Shown in pieces: positions 57,212 to 61,432 of a stretch of 61,432 nt of DNA. This DNA comes from a virus (Duplodnaviria; Caudoviricetes): positions 1 through 61,432 of the IMG/VR virus record IMGVR_UViG_3300031933_000107, one strand, 5' to 3'. Under the pieces are notes generated by a model that was not told the origin of the DNA, did no database searches, and saw nothing but the letters and a program-made list of their open reading frames with translations. Numbering within the stretch: position 1 is the stretch's first letter; each line of letters begins with the position of its first letter. A program made the position numbers and the translations under genes.

Positions 57212-57462
57212 TGACACCGGAACAGGTTAAACAAGCCAATGCGCTTGTCGAGCAGATCGAAAAGCTGGAGCTGTTACTGACTGCAGTCGGCTCCACCAAG
57301 ACCGATCAGATCAAATTCCAGCGACAAGGCAGTAGTGATCTGTTTGTGTCTGGCGAGATGCTTACCCGCCTGCGCAGTCGATTTGAAGATGCGATCAACG
57401 CCGAGCGGCTTGAGCTGCTGCAAGAGCTGGCCAGCAAGTACAACGTGAGGGCGGTGGCGTGA
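57208..57462 (+). CDS. Hypothetical protein
   Basis: ATGA-coupled ORF. Confidence 0.6.
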   Translation: MMTPEQVKQANALVEQIEKLELLLTAVGSTKTDQIKFQRQGSSDLFVSGEMLTRLRSRFEDAINAERLELLQELASKYNVRAVA

Positions 57463-57556
57463 ACGCAATTAACAACCACTTCACCACTCAACTGGATGGG
57501 GCATGGTGCGTGCTGCCATGAGCATATGAAAGAGATCCAGCAGAAGGAGCAAACCA

Positions 57557-58237
57557 ATGAGTGACCTGATTGCAGAGCTGCACGCACTGGCACAGCGCAT
57601 GGCAGCAGCCGGAGAAACAGACGAGCCGGTAACCGTATCGTTGGCAGCTGAGGAAATTGAGCGGCTGCGGGGCGAGGTAGAAAAACTCACGCGCCGTAAC
57701 GGGCTGATTATCGAAGAGGCCGAACGAGAGGGCCAGCACAACCGCCAGCTTCGGATCGAACGATTCCGCCAGTTCGGAAATGAGGACTGCTGGATATACG
57801 GCGGCGATGATCATGACAATCTGGAAACACTTGTCTGTCCAGTTGTCATGAGTCCGCAGCACCTGATCGAAATCCTGCAAGAGCGCGATCAGTTGAAGGC
57901 AGAGGTGCCGCCTAATGAGTGCGGTTCAAACCGTTATGGCCTTGATTGCTCATATTTCCGTGGCGTAATCAACCGCGAACTAAACCGCCCACTGGTCGAC
58001 TTTAAACCAGATGAGTTGGCCCGCGTCCTGATGCGCATGGCTGTCACAGCAGATGCGGCTGTTTTGAGTGAGCCTGAATTTTTACGGCGCGTTGATCTCG
58101 CTCAGCACGATGCGCAGGTGATCAAGCAGTTTGTGCGTGATTACACAGATTGGCAGGGGATCGACTGGATGTTGACTGATTTTATGCATAAGCGTGTAGA
58201 TGAGCTAAACCAGAAGGCCAAGGAGGTGCAGTCGTGA
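57557..58237 (+). CDS. Hypothetical protein
   Basis: AAGGAG RBS, 226 aa. Confidence 0.7.
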   Translation: MSDLIAELHALAQRMAAAGETDEPVTVSLAAEEIERLRGEVEKLTRRNGLIIEEAEREGQHNRQLRIERFRQFGNEDCWIYGGDDHDNLETLVCPVVMSPQHLIEILQERDQLKAEVPPNECGSNRYGLDCSYFRGVINRELNRPLVDFKPDELARVLMRMAVTADAAVLSEPEFLRRVDLAQHDAQVIKQFVRDYTDWQGIDWMLTDFMHKRVDELNQKAKEVQS

Positions 58238-59794
58238 GTATCAATAACAAAACAACCGACTTTGATGACTGGTTTTCAACCCTGCAAATGCACGTCCTCG
58301 ATAACACCGGAGTCGAATTTCGGAACATCGACGCAGCAAAGGAAGACTACGAACAAGGCCGGGATGTTTTTGATGTCGTTGATGAGATAACCGCAGAGTA
58401 TCAGTGAGGTAACCGAATGACAGGCAACAAATTCTTTCGCGTCCTGCCCTACATCGTCATCGTGATTGTTGTAGCAGTGGTGTTCGGTGTCGGGTATGGG
58501 ATTTATCAGTGGGTGGCGGGATGACGCACGAGAAGGGACAGTAAGCTATGAATACAGATCCTGATAAACCAATCGACGCAGCGCTGGACAAGGTGCTGCG
58601 TGCCGCTGGCAGCAGGTTCGACAACTACACGGTACACAAAACCCGTGAAGCTATGCGGGAGGCAATGCGCGATGTTATGCGGGCAGCATGGATTGAAGGC
58701 AGCAACGCCGGATGGAAAGCAGCGAGGTGAGGAATGAACGATCCGTTCGACTACAGCGCAACCATTGCCAAGGCCGCAAGCCGGGCAATGGGTGACAGGC
58801 TCGGTAAGCTTTACCAGTTGTGCGAACAACAGAAAACAGTTTCGACACGCAAGCTATGGCGACTGCTTGAAGAGCTCAGGGATAGCGATCAGCAGGACGC
58901 CATTCACTTCAAAGCCTTGGCCGACAGGCTGAAGTCGATGCGTCAGGGAGATAGCCGATGACCCTACCCCTTGACGTACCCCGGTGCGCTGGCCGGTATT
59001 GCTTTGACCCCGATGGAGAGTGGTGCCCGGAGCGCATGAGTTGTGAGCGATACCGGGCGTGGATGCTGGGCGATGAAGAAACAGGCATCCCGAATTACAA
59101 AGGCATCCCGGTCAGCATGGCTGTGCGGGATTGCACAGACAAGATTGAGGTGAGTGAAGATGAGCATTCAGAAACTGGTAGCCGATCACGCCTTCTGGGC
59201 TGATGAGATCCGGCGCCTGAAGAAAGCAGGACAAGAAGAGGCAGCTGCCTGCATCTACCTTGAGGCCAGCACGATAAAGGCTGCGTCAAGCAATGGAAGT
59301 CGTACCTTAATGCACGGTACGAACTGCATCGAGCGTGCCTGGAATGAGCTTCAGGAAGAGCGGGCAGCAAGCCCATTCGAGCGCTGGGAGTACGACGAGA
59401 TTTTCGAAAACCTGGAGCCGGAGGCCTGCGAGCACTGCCGAAAGGTGCGCGCACTGAGGCGCGAACGCATGAATGCAAGCAAGCGCCTGGGTGCAGTAAG
59501 GGCTGCAATTACCCGGGTTGGTAGGCGGCTGCAGGAAGAGGAAGCGACAGCATGAGTAAAAAGAACCACATAATGGGTCAGCCAGCACTGACTACCACAC
59601 AGATATGCCAAATGCTCAGGGTTTCTGTATCGGCAAGGTTTATTGAGGAAGAGCTTGGCATCCCGCCTGACGAGAAGACTAAATCAGCCAGCTTATGGCT
59701 TGAATCGAAATTCAATTACATCTGCTATCAGCTCGCCCAGTACGCCATGGATGTTAGGGAAGCTCACATTAGCGGGGACATTAAGCCCGTATGA
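58234..59794 (+). other. Run of small coupled hypothetical ORFs (58234-58407, 58417-58524 TM peptide, 58548-58730, 58734-58961, 58958-59203, 59160-59555, 59552-59794)
   Basis: Co-oriented, abutting or overlapping starts and stops. Confidence 0.6.
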
Positions 59795-59961
59795 AGAAAT
59801 CCAAAATAGCCCTCGCCATAGCCGGTGCAACAGCAGCGCCCATGCTCGCACAGGCTGATGCAGCACTCTACGGCAGCTTGCGCCCACGGTTGCGCCCTCC
59901 CCAGCCGCAGTATTGGGACTGGCGAGCGGTGTCACGGCAGATTAATCGGAGGACATAACCA

Positions 59962-60159
59962 ATGCGCAGACGCAAGATGAGCGTCACAGAATACTGTGAC
60001 CGCGAATTTACGCCTGAGTCGCGCCCCTGTGAAAAGACCGTTATTCGATGGATACAGAATGACATTATCGAAGGCGTGCAAATTGGCAAACGCTGGTGGG
60101 TGTACGAGACTGTAACGGAAGCAGACCGACTGGTGGAGAATGTGTTGAGGTCCGCATGA
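59962..60159 (+). CDS. xis: Excisionase
   Basis: Small basic wHTH (P.EKTVIRWI...I...QIGKRWWV) overlapping the int start. Confidence 0.8.
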   Translation: MRRRKMSVTEYCDREFTPESRPCEKTVIRWIQNDIIEGVQIGKRWWVYETVTEADRLVENVLRSA

Positions 60160-61292
60160 ACAGACCAAGAAACAAGCAGAACAAGGATCTGCCCCCGAAT
60201 CTGTACGCAGATCGCCGGGGCCGTATTACCTACTATGCCTACAAGCACCCGGCCACCGGTAAGCGGCACGGCATGGGTGCGAACCGCACTCAAGCAATTT
60301 TGGCGGCCAAGCAGCTCAATACCATGCTGTCGGCAGAGCTATGTCTGGTTGACCGTGTGCTGGGCGGTACCAATACCCTGACACTTTGGATCAAGAAATA
60401 CCTGACTATCCGTGAAGCTGAAAATATCGCCCCGGATACCGTGCGATCACTGAAGGTTAACCTGAAGGCAATAGATGCTCACTTGGGCACTTTGCCCATT
60501 GCGGACCTGTCGGTATTCCATGTTGCTGAGTTCCTGAATAAGTGGACCAGTGAAGGCAAGATGACAACAGCCAAGCATTTACGCAGCACGCTGATCAAGT
60601 GCCTGGACTACGCGATCAGCAACGGCCTGATTGATGACAACGTGGCCAGTAAGACACTACCCATTACCGCCCAGGTTAAGCGCCACCGGCTAACCAAAGA
60701 GCAGTTTGACGCCATCTACAAGCAGGCGCCGATCCATGTGCGCAATGCAATGATGCTTGGGCTTCTGACGCTGCAGCGCCGCGAGGATATCGTCAATATG
60801 AAGTTCACCGATATCCGTGATGGTTATCTGCATGTTGTGCAAAGCAAGACCGCCAAGGCTCGCAATGGTAAGCGTGCCGACTCGCAGAACGTATCCGCGC
60901 ATCTGCGCATTGAAGTAACAGAGCAGCTTGCCGCCGTGATCCAGTCATGCCGCAGTACGCGCATTGTATCGAAGTACCTGGTTCACCAGATCAGGACGCA
61001 GCGCTTTGGTGGTGCCAAGTCTGGCGAAATCCGCAAAGGTGAACAGCTGGATGCCGATGTGATCACCCGGGGCTTTCGCAATGCGAGGGATAAGGCCGGA
61101 CTGTTCAGTGATGTGCCTTCACGCGAACGCCCCAGCTTTCATGAGATACGCGCATTGGGTGCCCACCTATACCGAGATCAAGGCATCAATCCTCAGGCAT
61201 TGCTGGGTCACACAAGCGAGAAAATGACAGCCCTGTATCTGGATGGCCATGGCGAAGAGTGGACCGTGGTACAAGCCAATCTGCAGGTGTGA
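60156..61292 (+). CDS. int: Tyrosine integrase with lambda-like N-terminal arm-binding domain
   Basis: LPPNLY..YY.Y.HP.TGK; TLQRREDI (R), KT, FHEIRAL (HxxR), LLGH, Y. Confidence 0.95.
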   Translation: MNRPRNKQNKDLPPNLYADRRGRITYYAYKHPATGKRHGMGANRTQAILAAKQLNTMLSAELCLVDRVLGGTNTLTLWIKKYLTIREAENIAPDTVRSLKVNLKAIDAHLGTLPIADLSVFHVAEFLNKWTSEGKMTTAKHLRSTLIKCLDYAISNGLIDDNVASKTLPITAQVKRHRLTKEQFDAIYKQAPIHVRNAMMLGLLTLQRREDIVNMKFTDIRDGYLHVVQSKTAKARNGKRADSQNVSAHLRIEVTEQLAAVIQSCRSTRIVSKYLVHQIRTQRFGGAKSGEIRKGEQLDADVITRGFRNARDKAGLFSDVPSRERPSFHEIRALGAHLYRDQGINPQALLGHTSEKMTALYLDGHGEEWTVVQANLQV

Positions 61293-61301
61293 GCCACAAT
61301 C

Positions 61302-61366
61302 GTTTTTCCAAAGTTTTACGAAAGTTTTACAACAGAAAGAAAAACAATATATGAATCAATAGTTTA
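61302..61366 (+). promoter_or_regulatory. Arm-type repeats and IHF site at the right att
   Basis: AGTTTTACGA 61312-61321, AGTTTTACAA 61323-61332; AATCAATAGTTTA 61354-61366 is an exact match to WATCAANNNNTTR. Confidence 0.65.
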
Positions 61367-61377
61367 TGAATACCTTA

Positions 61378-61391
61378 TACTGTCATCCCGA
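61378..61391 (+). repeat. att core, right copy, followed by the displaced original acnB 3' end (TVIPTVEA*, stop 61403-61405)
   Basis: Exact repeat of 200-213 in the same reading frame. Confidence 0.93.
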
Positions 61392-61432
61392 CCGTTGAAG
61401 CCTGATTGCGCCGACCGGGGTGATGTAAGTCA

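Larger units (their letters stand above)
200..61391. mobile_element. Complete integrated temperate prophage (lambdoid regulation, podovirus-like N4-gp56-type morphogenesis module)
   Basis: Flanking 14-bp direct repeats, integrase next to the right repeat, and full head, tail, lysis, replication and immunity gene sets. Confidence 0.96.

Overview
The window is an apparently complete ~61.2 kb temperate prophage integrated in the 3' end of a gammaproteobacterial acnB (aconitase B) gene. A 14-bp core TACTGTCATCCCGA is repeated at 200-213 and 61378-61391. Left to right it carries a P22-immI-like arc/mnt/antirepressor module and a 3421-aa polyvalent protein. Next come podovirus-like tail and head genes (N4-gp56-type capsid, portal, terminase), a lysis cassette, nin-type genes and an O/DnaC replication module with iterons. 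These are followed by ~1 kb of structured non-coding DNA, a cro/cI switch, cargo behind cI, Bet/YqaJ recombination genes, Tad2- and Gp49/Acb4-like anti-defence genes, dUTPase, xis and int. The most notable signal is one the ORF track misses: an ORF-less 293-nt group I intron (29835-30127, minus strand) splits a virion gene, and a free-standing HNH endonuclease with its own promoter lies immediately downstream, an arrangement suggesting collaborative homing. Other signals are a repeated late-promoter motif with no recognisable Q gene, two tandem tRNA-like (C4-like) RNAs, and FSR-delimited domain cassettes in the giant protein. All family assignments come from motif recognition by eye; no database searches were run.
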